Part shown: piece by piece, positions 50,823-60,600 of the stretch
Position numbering within the stretch: the first letter of the stretch is position 1
Layout of the letters: each line of letters begins with the position of its first letter
DNA from: Opitutales bacterium
Lineage (GTDB): Bacteria > Verrucomicrobiota > Verrucomicrobiia > Opitutales > T3Sed10-336
DNA: 64,000 bases
Reading direction: 5' to 3'
NCBI GenBank assembly: GCA_020831535.1
Contig: JAFIGF010000186.1
Span: 1,813-65,812 of the forward strand
Made by a program: the position numbers and the translations under genes
The notes under the pieces: model-generated
Told to the model about the DNA's origin: nothing
What the model saw: the letters and a program-made list of their open reading frames with translations, nothing else
Databases searched by the model: none

Positions 50823-51917
50823 ATGACCAAATCTTCTGTCCAGGCAACCTCTTCTCCTTCCTCCAGGAAAATCATCCATATCGACATGGATTGTTTCTAC
50901 GCGGCCATCGAATGCCGCGACGACCCCAGTGTAGCCCACCTGCCGGTCGGCGTCGGAGGCGAGAGCGGAAGAGGCGTCCTGACCACCTGCAATTACCGGG
51001 CCCGGGAATTCGGCTGCCACTCCGCCATGCCGGTTTTCAAGGCCCGGCAACTTTGCCCCCAAATCATCCTCAAACCGGTCCGCTTCGAAGCCTACCGCGC
51101 CGAGGCCCGGAAAATCCGGGCGATCTTCGCCCGCTACACCAAACTCATCGAACCGCTCTCCCTCGACGAAGCCTTTCTGGATGTCACGGGACACCCTGAG
51201 TTCGCCTGGAAAATCGCCCGCCAAATCCGCCAGGCCATCCGCGAAGAAACCGGCTTAACCGCCAGTGCCGGCATTGCCCCAAACAAAATGCTGGCCAAGA
51301 TCGCCAGCGACTGGCGCAAGCCGGATGGCCAGTTCGCGGTCCTCCCCAAGGACATCGCCACTTTCATGAAAGACCTGCCGGTACGCAAACTGTGGGGGAT
51401 CGGCCCTAAAAGTGCCGCGCTTTTGGAAGAGCAAGGCGTCCGTACCTGCGGCGACCTGCAAGAGTGGCCCATCCCCCGCCTGATCGGTTTTTTTGGACAA
51501 AAATGGGGAAACACCCTACATGAACTGGCCCGGGGAAAGGATGAGCGACCAGTGGAGATTCACCGCCCCCGGAAATCTCTCTCCACCGAAATGACCTTGC
51601 CCAAAAATCTGGAAACCCTGGAAGAGTGCGAGGCCCTCCTGCCGGAATTACTCGAAACCCTGGAAGAGGACATGACCCGCATGATCGAGCGAAAACCGTT
51701 TCGGAAGATTTTCCTCAAACTGAAATTCGCCGACTTCCGCACCACCACCTGCGAAAGACCGGCAACGAACCTGGACCGCAGTGCCTTTGCCGAACTCCTG
51801 CGGGAAGCCTTTGGCCGCCACGCCGAGGCAGTTCGCCTGGTTGGCCTGGGGGTTCGCTTTCCCGAAGCAGTCGAGGTGCCCAACAAGCAATTGGTTTTTC
51901 CTTTCTTTGATCGGTAA
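50823..51917 (+). CDS. dinB: DNA polymerase IV (Y-family)
   Basis: 364-aa ORF with the motifs IIHIDMDCFYAAIECRDDP, SLDEAFLDVT and IASDWRKPDG. Confidence 0.9.
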   Translation: MTKSSVQATSSPSSRKIIHIDMDCFYAAIECRDDPSVAHLPVGVGGESGRGVLTTCNYRAREFGCHSAMPVFKARQLCPQIILKPVRFEAYRAEARKIRAIFARYTKLIEPLSLDEAFLDVTGHPEFAWKIARQIRQAIREETGLTASAGIAPNKMLAKIASDWRKPDGQFAVLPKDIATFMKDLPVRKLWGIGPKSAALLEEQGVRTCGDLQEWPIPRLIGFFGQKWGNTLHELARGKDERPVEIHRPRKSLSTEMTLPKNLETLEECEALLPELLETLEEDMTRMIERKPFRKIFLKLKFADFRTTTCERPATNLDRSAFAELLREAFGRHAEAVRLVGLGVRFPEAVEVPNKQLVFPFFDR

Positions 51918-51943
51918 AAGATTTACAGCCCCCGCCACTTGGT

Positions 51944-53110
51944 TTGTCATGGGGCATGAGCACCAACCAGCGCCTTTGCGAAACCCCATTCAACGAAACC
52001 GATTCGGTTCGGATTTTCCGGCAAAAATTGCAAACCACCCCACCCCGCTGGAAAGGCGTTTGCGGTTTTGATGGTTTCATCGACACCTTTATCCGCCTGG
52101 AAGCCCCCGCCTCGATGGCCGAGTTCGGACCCAAAGTGGCGGCCGCCGCCGGCATCGCCGCCTCCTACCCGGCCCAACACCTGGGCGATAAATTCGGAGG
52201 CAACGGTCCCCTCCTCCTTTCCGGACTTCATGGTCTGATGAACGGGGAAATTGATCTCACCTACATTGGCGCGCTGGGCGATCCCGAGCCCCTGCCGATT
52301 TTCGCCGAAGCCCTGCAGGACAAAACCGCCCACCTGTACACCATCGCCGAGCCGGCCCACAGCGACTGCCTGGAATTTACCGACGGCAAAGTGATGCTCA
52401 GCGATCTGCGCGCCTGCGCCGAAGTGACCTGGGAACGGATTCTCGAAAAAGTCGGCGAGGAAACACTCTCCCAACGGCTCGCCGAAGCAGACTTTATCGG
52501 GGCCGTCAATTGGGGGAAACTCATCCATGTGGGGACCGTCTGGGAAGGCTTCGCGAAAAAACTCGCCGCCCTAGGCAAACCCGCCAAGGAAGTCCCGTTT
52601 TTCATGGATTTGGCCGAATTCGAACAGCGCCCCATGGAGGACCGAAAAGAACTCATTGGGCTGGTCGAACGAGTGACCGGCCAATGCACCACCATGCTCA
52701 GTATGAATCTCAAGGAAGCCTGGCAAATGGCCGACTCCTTCGACGGCGATTTTCACGGAGCCAAAAAGCCCGAGGCCGTGACCGCTTTGGCAGCCTTTTT
52801 AAAAGAACACATCAAAGTCGATAAAATCATCATCCACCCCAACAACGGAGCGGTTTGCGCCGACAACCAGGAAGCTGTCTGGGTGTCCGGCCCCTTCTGC
52901 AAGGAGCCCTTGGTGTCCACCGGTGCCGGCGACCATTTCGGCGCGGGTTGCCTGATCGGCTCTCTACTGGGACTCGACAACTTTGGCATCGCCCTCCTCG
53001 GAGTGTGCACCAGTGGCTATTTCGTCCGGACCGGCGAAGCTCCGGACTTTCCCAAGGTTCTGGCGCTGCTGGACCAGTGGGCCGCCGGTGATTTGCCCGA
53101 GCGCCTGTAA
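51944..53110 (+). CDS. PfkB-family carbohydrate kinase-like protein
   Basis: 388-aa ORF with a C-terminal PfkB signature-like motif (STGAGDHFGAGCLIG). The substrate is unknown, and an alternative start exists at 51956. Confidence 0.55.
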   Translation: MSWGMSTNQRLCETPFNETDSVRIFRQKLQTTPPRWKGVCGFDGFIDTFIRLEAPASMAEFGPKVAAAAGIAASYPAQHLGDKFGGNGPLLLSGLHGLMNGEIDLTYIGALGDPEPLPIFAEALQDKTAHLYTIAEPAHSDCLEFTDGKVMLSDLRACAEVTWERILEKVGEETLSQRLAEADFIGAVNWGKLIHVGTVWEGFAKKLAALGKPAKEVPFFMDLAEFEQRPMEDRKELIGLVERVTGQCTTMLSMNLKEAWQMADSFDGDFHGAKKPEAVTALAAFLKEHIKVDKIIIHPNNGAVCADNQEAVWVSGPFCKEPLVSTGAGDHFGAGCLIGSLLGLDNFGIALLGVCTSGYFVRTGEAPDFPKVLALLDQWAAGDLPERL

Positions 53111-53141
53111 TGCCCCGGCCCCTCCCCGGCCAATTGCCCTC

Positions 53142-53564
53142 CTAAACCTCCTCGTCGGTCGAGATCATCCAGTCCTCGTAGTCCGCCGCCTCATACAGAA
53201 CCTCGCCCTCCTCCAGCACCATTTCCAACCACTTGGTGTTGGTCTCCCGCCGGGAAACAATTTGCTCAGGATTCCCCACCAACATTTGCAGGGGAAACTC
53301 CTTGGCGAATTCCTTTTGCAATTTTTGCGCCCGTGCAAAGCCCTCCGGAGGAGTTTCCTCCCGTGCAATGACCAATAGAAAGACATCGGCCTCCAACACC
53401 TCCGTCGCCAAATCCTGTACTTTGTCCGCTTCAAAAGCATACGGCCCGGCCAGTAAAATCCGCAGCGGATTCATCGCCTCCAGCAAGGCATGACTCAACT
53501 CTTCAATCTGTTCACGTGCGTCGTCCATGCTTTCCACTGTAGCACCATCTTTTGCCCATGCCAT
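53142..53564 (-). CDS. Hypothetical acidic protein
   Basis: 140-aa ORF convergent with the kinase gene. No confident motif. Confidence 0.4.
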   Translation of the reverse strand: MAWAKDGATVESMDDAREQIEELSHALLEAMNPLRILLAGPYAFEADKVQDLATEVLEADVFLLVIAREETPPEGFARAQKLQKEFAKEFPLQMLVGNPEQIVSRRETNTKWLEMVLEEGEVLYEAADYEDWMISTDEEV

Positions 53565-53629
53565 GAAAATTTTCGGAAAAGGCTATTGACGGAACTTCGG
53601 AAATATCTTCAGCTATTTCTTTCCACCAC

Positions 53630-53718
<89 letters not shown>

Positions 53719-53784
53719 CAGGGTGGTCCCGGAAGCCTCATGCTCTCCCGCCTTCGCTCAGTTGGTGAGTCCCGCAAGGCGGGA

Positions 53785-53839
53785 AAAATCCTTGTGTCCC
53801 CGGTTCGATTCCGGGTCTCGCCACCATCTTAATGAAATT
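53785..53839 (+). repeat. 55-bp direct repeat, copy 2 (orphan tRNA-Phe 3' half)
   Basis: Identical to 53664-53718. No matching 5' acceptor strand (GGCGAGA) lies upstream, so this is not a functional tRNA. Confidence 0.95.
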
Positions 53840-54008
53840 TAAAGGTGGTTACGAAGGAAGAAGCCTGTAAGAAGTACCAACCACTCTTCCGGGATTCCTG
53901 GGCCACCGGCACCTTGAACTGCGGCAAGCGCTTCGCTTGTTTCCCTCGCGTTGCTCGGCGGGATTTCGCAAGCTCAACCTGTTTTCCTTGCGCGGAACCC
54001 TCCCAACC

Positions 54009-54836
54009 CTACACCACCGGGCAATCCACCAGGGTTTTGATTTTCCCCTGCCCCACCTCGCAGGGACGAAGAACCAATTCCCGAAACTTGTATCCCGGAC
54101 GGCAATACCGACACCAAATATGATACCATTGCTCCTTCCACTGGAAAAAGCTCCCGTGGGCATACTCACTTAACCCTTCACCCTCCGCTACGGGCCCAAC
54201 CGAATCATAAGGCCCGGCCAAACAATCCGAAACGGCATAATCCCGCCCCCAGCTGAGATAATAAATCCCCTCGTGGCAAAACAGGTAATTCTTATCCATC
54301 CACGACGGAGCCTCCTCCCATTCCCGGCCCCGAATGGTTATCGGTTTGGGGTCTTCCGCCAACCCCATCATGTCCTCCCGCAAACGGGCCAAAGTGTAGC
54401 CTCCCCTCTCCTTGCTACCACTCACCAACCAGGCCGTCCGGGAAGCATCCTTCTCCACCAGGACCGTGGGATCATGGGATTTTTCCAGCAAAGGTTTTCC
54501 CACCGGATCCCGGAACGGCCCTTCCGGACGATCCGCCACCATGACCCCTATGCCCCGGCTGCGATCCGAAAAATAAAAATAATACCGTCCCTCCCGTTCC
54601 GCCACATCCCCGGCCCAGCAATCGGGACTGCCCTCCCCCATGTACGTATCGCGAGGCAGAATTTCGCCCTCGGACCGCCAGTTTTTCAAATCCCCCGAAG
54701 AAAAAATCCTCCACCGTCGCATCACCCAATCACGGCCCTCAGGGTCATCATCGGTACCGGTATAGAGAAACACCCGCCCCTGAAAAACCCGCACATGAGG
54801 ATCAGCTAAGCCCGAGGCTGGCGCGAAAGGATTCAT
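54009..54836 (-). CDS. Glycoside hydrolase family 43-like protein
   Basis: It shows a five-bladed-propeller GH43-like pattern: ADPHVRVFQGRVFLYTGTD, CWAGDVAEREGRYYFYFS and GPFRDPVGKPLL. The start is placed at MNPFAPAS (54836); the track ORF extends to 54953. Confidence 0.65.
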   Translation of the reverse strand: MNPFAPASGLADPHVRVFQGRVFLYTGTDDDPEGRDWVMRRWRIFSSGDLKNWRSEGEILPRDTYMGEGSPDCWAGDVAEREGRYYFYFSDRSRGIGVMVADRPEGPFRDPVGKPLLEKSHDPTVLVEKDASRTAWLVSGSKERGGYTLARLREDMMGLAEDPKPITIRGREWEEAPSWMDKNYLFCHEGIYYLSWGRDYAVSDCLAGPYDSVGPVAEGEGLSEYAHGSFFQWKEQWYHIWCRYCRPGYKFRELVLRPCEVGQGKIKTLVDCPVV

Positions 54837-54967
54837 TAAAAAAATTCGCCACAATTCACCTGTCCTGTCCAGCCCAATCGCGTCAAACCAGATTGACCCA
54901 TTCCGCTTTTTGTTTGACGCCAATCCTTCTCTACCATGCAATAAAGGCCTCACCTACCGGTAACGCC

Positions 54968-55681
54968 ATGGACCTAGACTCAATTAAAAAATCCTACCGT
55001 TTTTACGCGCCCTTCTACAACCTGGTCTTTGGCCATCGAATCAATTCCGGCCGCAAGAAAGTCGTCCGGTTGCTCGACCAGAAACCCGGTTTACGGGTTC
55101 TCGAAATCGGGGTAGGCACCGGCCTCTCCGTTCCCTACTATAACCAAAGCGTAGAAATCACGGGGATCGACGTCAGCACCGAGATGCTCGACGTGGCCCG
55201 CAAAAAATACCCCCAGGACAAATTCCCCCAAGTTAAGGAATTCCTCGAAATGGATGCCCAGGATTTGCAATTCCCGGATGGCTCCTTCGACGTTGTCGTG
55301 GCCATGCTAGTGGTCTCGGTCGTTCCCGATCCCGAAAAAATGCTTGCCGAGATGGCTCGGGTCTGTGCCCCCGGCGGGAAAATCATTGTGCTCAACCACT
55401 TTGCCTCCCAGAAAGGCCCCATGAAGAAGATCGAAAACCTCATCGCCCCCCTATCGCGGCGCATAGGTTTCCGTCCCGACTTCTGCCTCAAAACCTTCCT
55501 CACCCTAACCGACCGCAAATTGCTCGGCGTCCACAAGGGAGCGATCAACGGAATGTGGAAAATGATCGAATTTGAAAACACCCCCTGTCCTCAAAAGGAG
55601 CAGGAGGAAAGAGCCCAAGGAGGCCCTGATGAACCCGAGGAAGAAGTGACCCCTTCAGAAATTTCCCTCGGGGCTAAATAA
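54968..55681 (+). CDS. Class I SAM-dependent methyltransferase
   Basis: Motif I reads VLEIGVGTGLS, followed by the post-I and motif II patterns. The start is at MDLDSIKK (ATG 54968); the track ORF starts at 54893. Confidence 0.8.
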   Translation: MDLDSIKKSYRFYAPFYNLVFGHRINSGRKKVVRLLDQKPGLRVLEIGVGTGLSVPYYNQSVEITGIDVSTEMLDVARKKYPQDKFPQVKEFLEMDAQDLQFPDGSFDVVVAMLVVSVVPDPEKMLAEMARVCAPGGKIIVLNHFASQKGPMKKIENLIAPLSRRIGFRPDFCLKTFLTLTDRKLLGVHKGAINGMWKMIEFENTPCPQKEQEERAQGGPDEPEEEVTPSEISLGAK

Positions 55682-55703
55682 TTTCCCGAATCGTTCCCTG
55701 TCC

Positions 55704-55732
55704 TTGACATTATCCGGTCCAAAGGGCATAAC
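55704..55732 (+). promoter_or_regulatory. Putative promoter of tRNA-Pro
   Basis: TTGACA (55704-55709), a 17-nt spacer, then CATAAC (55727-55732), 17 nt before the tRNA 5' end. Confidence 0.4.
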
Positions 55733-55749
55733 AACAAAACACCATGCAT

Positions 55750-55826
<77 letters not shown>

Positions 55827-55845
55827 CTTTAATTTCCCACAAAAA

Positions 55846-55874
55846 CCGCTAATTCAATGAGTTAGCGGTTTTTT
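55846..55874 (+). terminator. Rho-independent terminator after tRNA-Pro
   Basis: CCGCTAA (55846-55852), a 9-nt loop, TTAGCGG (55862-55868), then TTTTTT (55869-55874). An upstream A-run could make it bidirectional. Confidence 0.7.
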
Positions 55875-55896
55875 CGTGCCCGAATGAGCGAAAGGC

Positions 55897-55936
55897 AATT
55901 TTCCGGATTTTTCCACAAATTTCCCGAATTTTCCCG
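55897..55936 (+). repeat. Four tandem 10-bp A/T-tract repeats (helical phasing)
   Basis: The units AATTTTCCGG, ATTTTTCCAC, AAATTTCCCG and AATTTTCCCG are read directly and are contiguous. Confidence 0.7.
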
Positions 55937-55948
55937 AAAAACGGTCAT

Positions 55949-55972
55949 TTTTAGCAACCGTTTTAGCAACCG
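55949..55972 (+). repeat. Perfect tandem 12-bp direct repeat
   Basis: TTTTAGCAACCG occurs twice in tandem (55949-55960 and 55961-55972), about 75 nt upstream of the first island ORF. Confidence 0.85.
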
Positions 55973-56046
55973 CTTCTACCGGCAAGAGACCCCTATTGCT
56001 CAATTTGCATTGCCCGACCGTTGTACTTCCAGGTAACCTAAGGGAT

Positions 56047-56523
56047 ATGAGAAAGAGAGGCAGGCCCCCGAAAAACAACCCGTTGGATGTTCAGGATGAC
56101 GTGTTTGTCAAAGCCGAGGTCATCAAGAACCTTTTCGATCCCCCTTTGAGCAATACCGCCCTGCACCGCCATGTGCATAACGGTAAAGTCATCAAGCACA
56201 GCCACGGCCTGTACCGGCTCAATGCCTCCCGCAAGGCTTTGGGACTCCCGGAAAGCGATGTGAGAGAATATCGCCGAAACCAGAGGCCCTCCAAATTGGA
56301 TTTGACCATGATCGCCCTCTATTCTGTCCGGGAGGAAGTTTTGGATCTCTACACCGAGGAATCGGAACTCCCCGACCCGGACCGCTTCTTTTTCGACGAG
56401 GTAGAATATATGCGGAAAATGGTTCACGCCCACCGGGAGAACATCAAGGATCTGAGCGTGGAAGAACTGGCCGCTTATATCAATGGGATCAGGCAGTTTA
56501 TTAAAGGGAATAATGGCTCATGA
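56047..56523 (+). CDS. AT-hook / AlpA-excisionase-like HTH protein (putative DNA-binding)
   Basis: It starts MRKRGRPPKNN (an RGRP AT-hook). The segment FVKAEVIKNLFDPPLSNTALHRHVHNGKVIKHSHGLYRLN resembles AlpA/HTH_17 spacing. The track ORF starts at 55996. Confidence 0.45.
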   Translation: MRKRGRPPKNNPLDVQDDVFVKAEVIKNLFDPPLSNTALHRHVHNGKVIKHSHGLYRLNASRKALGLPESDVREYRRNQRPSKLDLTMIALYSVREEVLDLYTEESELPDPDRFFFDEVEYMRKMVHAHRENIKDLSVEELAAYINGIRQFIKGNNGS

Positions 56524-56735
56524 CCTACGAAAGGCTGAAAGAATTACTTGAAAGGTACATTTCCAGCTTACCGGCAAAGGAAATGGCAAAAGCCATCCAC
56601 GAAGACATGAATTTAATCGGCTTTCAGATTAAGGAAAGCCACACAAATGCGATTGGATTCTGGAAACAGAATGGCAGAATTCCTCAAGCTGAAAGAAATA
56701 CCGAACAAGCCCATTCCGGCTATTTTAACGATTGA
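56520..56735 (+). CDS. Small hypothetical protein (71 aa)
   Basis: Its start forms an ATGA overlap with the upstream stop, and its stop overlaps the TTG start of the WYL gene. No motif was recognised. Confidence 0.4.
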   Translation: MTYERLKELLERYISSLPAKEMAKAIHEDMNLIGFQIKESHTNAIGFWKQNGRIPQAERNTEQAHSGYFND

Positions 56736-57574
56736 CCAAGCATTTTCAGCCTTACAGGATCACAATTCTTATGGGCAACCAAAACCTTCTAACCAACCCC
56801 TTTCTCGTGGAAAGGGTTTCTTTTCTGGAGAAAATGGCGTTTTGGCGGGGATGGGTCGGGAGAAAGGACATGAAGGTGCGGTTTGGGACTTCCCCTGCCC
56901 AAAGCTCCTCGGATTTACAAGCCCTTAGGGAAAAGGCTCCGGGGGTTTTACAGTATAATACCCGCCGCAAGACCTATGTCGGGGCCGAGCCCTGGACACC
57001 CCATTTTTTCGAAGCGATTCCGGAGAAGGACCTCCCTTCTCTCTTCCCGGAATCGGTGGAGCATTTCCGCCTTCCTTTCCGCCATACCCCGGTGGAATAC
57101 CTTTGTTACGTCAATCGCGCCCTCCAGAACCAACAATCCATTGAGCTGGATTATCTCTCGGCATCTTCCGGTACGCAAAAGTGGAGACGAATCACCCCCC
57201 ACACCTGGGTCTGGGATGGTCGCCGCTGGCATATCCGGGCCTACTGCCATGAAAACGCTGACTTCCGGGACTTCAACGCAGGACGCATCACCGGCACCCG
57301 CCAATCCGGACCTCCCGGAGCCCTACGCGAAGAGGACCGCGACTGGAACACCCAAGTCACCGTCACGCTGGCCCTCAACAAGGATCTCGACTCCACTCGC
57401 CGCCGTGCTCTGGACCTCGATTATCAACTCATCAACGGGAGACTCAAAGTCACCCTCCGCAAAGCTCAGGTGAACTACTTTCTGGACCAATTTGGGTTCC
57501 CTACCGACGCCCAAACCGGCACCCTCAATCTACGGGAGGAATTTATTCTGACCGGTGTACAGACTGCACTTTAA
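56732..57574 (+). CDS. WYL-domain transcriptional regulator (BrxR/CapW-like architecture)
   Basis: An N-terminal wHTH-like region (VERVSFLEKMAFWRGWVGRKDMKVRFGTSPAQSSSDLQALRE) is followed by a WYL domain (IELDYLSASSGTQKWRRITPHTWVWDGRRWHIRAYCHENADFRDFNAGRI) and a C-terminal extension. The start is TTG 56732 or ATG 56771. Confidence 0.8.
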   Translation: MTKHFQPYRITILMGNQNLLTNPFLVERVSFLEKMAFWRGWVGRKDMKVRFGTSPAQSSSDLQALREKAPGVLQYNTRRKTYVGAEPWTPHFFEAIPEKDLPSLFPESVEHFRLPFRHTPVEYLCYVNRALQNQQSIELDYLSASSGTQKWRRITPHTWVWDGRRWHIRAYCHENADFRDFNAGRITGTRQSGPPGALREEDRDWNTQVTVTLALNKDLDSTRRRALDLDYQLINGRLKVTLRKAQVNYFLDQFGFPTDAQTGTLNLREEFILTGVQTAL

Positions 57575-57644
57575 ACCCGATGACTTTTTTCCTTAGATCA
57601 ATCCCTTTGCTCTCCTTTAGATAAAAAAACGTTGTTTGGCACCC

Positions 57645-60600
57645 ATGAACATCCTCAACATTCACAACGAAATTACCACCGGATATAAATCCTACATTGA
57701 GAGCTTTATTGACATATCCGACGAGGATATCCGGAAAGAGGTGGAAAGACATTTGCAACAGGGCACTCTTTGGCCAGAACCTTTGATTCAATTCAATCCG
57801 GCCTATGAGAGGGCACTTTCCATCGATGCCCTTGTAGAGGAAGGCTCGCTCTGCCCGGAAATGAAAAGTGTCTTTCATAATTTCGAACTTTATACCCACC
57901 AGGTTGAAGCCATTCGCTTAGGTGTTAAACCTTCCAGTTTTGTCGTTACGTCCGGAACTGGTTCCGGGAAATCCCTCACTTATATCGGCAGTGTTTTCAA
58001 CGACCTCTTCACACAGGGAAGCGGAAATGGTATAAAAGCGGTATTGGTTTATCCCATGAATGCCCTCATCAATTCACAAGTTGAGGAGCTGAGCAAGTTT
58101 AAGGAAAACTACGAAAAACACCTCGGAAAAGAATTTCCTATCAAATTCGCTGCATTTACCGGCCAGACCAAACAAAAATTACGGCAAACGATCAAAGACT
58201 CTCCTCCGGATATCCTTCTAACAAACTATATGATGCTGGAGCTGTTGTTGACCCGTTTTGAGGAGCGACAAATAAGGGACTCGATTACGGAGAATCTAAA
58301 ATTTCTTGTTTTCGACGAACTCCACACCTATCGGGGCAGGCAAGGAGCAGACGTGGCGATGCTGATCAGGCGAATCAAATCCAGAGTCGGTCGTCCTATC
58401 ACCTGCATCGGAACTTCAGCAACCATGGTCTCCAGAGGGTCATCTCAGGATCGCAATCGTATCGTTGCTGAATTTGCCACCAAGATTTTCGGAGAAAAGT
58501 TTACTCCGGAGCAAATCGTCTCGGAAAAACTGGAGCGCTCGCTCAATGCAACCGGAAATACTCCCGATGCTTCCACACTTGCCCGGAACCTTCGCTCAGA
58601 ACCGCCCATTTTTGCCTCAGAAGATGATTTGAAACAATACTCCACCGCCATTTGGTTGGAGAATGTCATCGCTCTGCAGCAAAACAACGACGACGGCCAA
58701 CTGGAAAGAGCCAAGCCCCTTCCCCGGAGTGAAATCGTAAAAAAACTCCTTTCTGCGGCCAACCTTGGCGAAGAAGATCGCGAACTGGTTGAAAATCATC
58801 TCAACAAACTCTTTTTAAGCATAAACGACTTGAACCAGAGGTTGATTCAAAAAGGTCAGCGATACACCCTTTTGCCCTTTCGCTTGCACCAGTTTTTCGC
58901 CCAGACGGGTTCGGTTTATGCCACCTTGGATGCTCCCGGTAACCGCCACATCACCTTACAGCCCGGCCTGCATTGGGCCGAAAGTGGGGAACCTGACCGC
59001 TTTCTCTTTCCGCATGTCTTTAGCCGGGCTTCCGGAATGACTTACATTTGTGTTTATTTCGATGAAGATAATCAAAAATTCATTCCTCGCGAATTTAACG
59101 ATTCAATGCCCGATGATGATGACTTAACTGCTGGGTACATCATTCCCGGCGGGTCCGAAATATGGAATCCTGAAACCGATCTCGAAGCCCTTCCCAGCTC
59201 CTGGACCCGAACGGACCGCACGGGAAAATTGATTTTCGACTCAAAGTACAAGGACCGCGCTCCCCAACGCATCCACTATAATCCTGAAGGATTTTGCGTT
59301 GAGGAACAACACAACGGACAAGCTGGTTGGTTTATGCCAAGTGAGCCCAAGGGCCTTCTCTTTGACCCGACCGCCGGAGTCTTTTTCGAAGCAAATACCA
59401 GTGAACGCACCAAGCTAACAACCCTTGGGAGTGAAGGCCGAAGCACCTCTACCACCATTACCTCATTCCTGGTCCTTGATTCGTTGAACCGCAATGGTTT
59501 CAAGCCACGAGACCAAAAACTACTGAGCTTTACCGACAACCGGCAGGATGCGGCCCTTCAGGCGGGTCACTTCAATGACTTTATCCGCGTTACCTTTATT
59601 CGCTCAGCCATTGCCAAAGCGCTGAAAAATCATCCGCAAGGTTTAGATTACACAAAAATCGGCCCGGCAATTTTTGAGGCGCTGAACCTGCCCCTCAAAT
59701 CCTTTGCCAAGAATGTCTCCGGCGACTTGCCGCATTTCATCCTGAATGAGCTTAAGGAGGCCTTTTCCAATTACCTTACCTACCAAGCTATTTACGATTT
59801 GAGGAGGGGTTGGCGGGTCATTCTGCCCAATTTGGAAAAATGCGCCTTGCTCCAAATCGAATACCGCCATTTGGACGAAACCGTCCGATGGCAGGAAGCC
59901 TGGAAAGAGATACCTGTTCTGAGCGATCTGGAAGAACAAGACCGGAGCCGATTCCTCTACAACCTTCTGGATTATTTTCGTCTCGAATATGCCATTCACA
60001 ATGATGCTTTTCTCAAAAACAGCACCCTACAGGAATCGGAGAAAACATTTGGTGATAAACTGCGTGATGAATGGATGTTTGCCAAACTTGCGGACAACCT
60101 CACCCCTGCCATTCTGCGACGCAAACGCCTCGGGGCACGCTCTGCCGGAAAAAGCAGTTCATTAGCTCTGACCAGTGCCATCGGAAAATATATACGCCAG
60201 TTTTTTGCCGATAAAGACCCCGACTTCCAAATCAATAGGGATTCCTACGAACTGATCATGGATCAACTACTCGACCTTTTGGAACGGGCCGGGTTTGTCG
60301 TGAAGCAGGAAAAACGTGATCCCGATGGGCAACCCACCTTCGTCTATCAATTGCGTCTCGACCGAATCATCTGGAAACCCGGTGACGGACAAACGGTACG
60401 CCGCGATGAAGTCAAAGTCCGCAGTTACAAACCATTCCAGGAACGCCCCAACTTCTTTTTCAAGCGAATTTATGAAACCGACTTCGGGAAAATCAAAACA
60501 TTGCGGGGAGAAGACCACACCGGGCAATTGAACAACGATCTGCGGATCGATCGGGAGGAAAGATTCCGCGCCGACTTTTTCAAAGAGGACAAAAATGGCC

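Noticed and set aside
50793-51224. The N-terminal 144-aa extension of the maf ORF in the track (ORF 50193-51224).
   Set aside because: The extension is antisense to dinB, is Gly/Arg/Asp-rich and does not look like protein. Maf homology begins at MKKKNHRD...LILASGSPRR.
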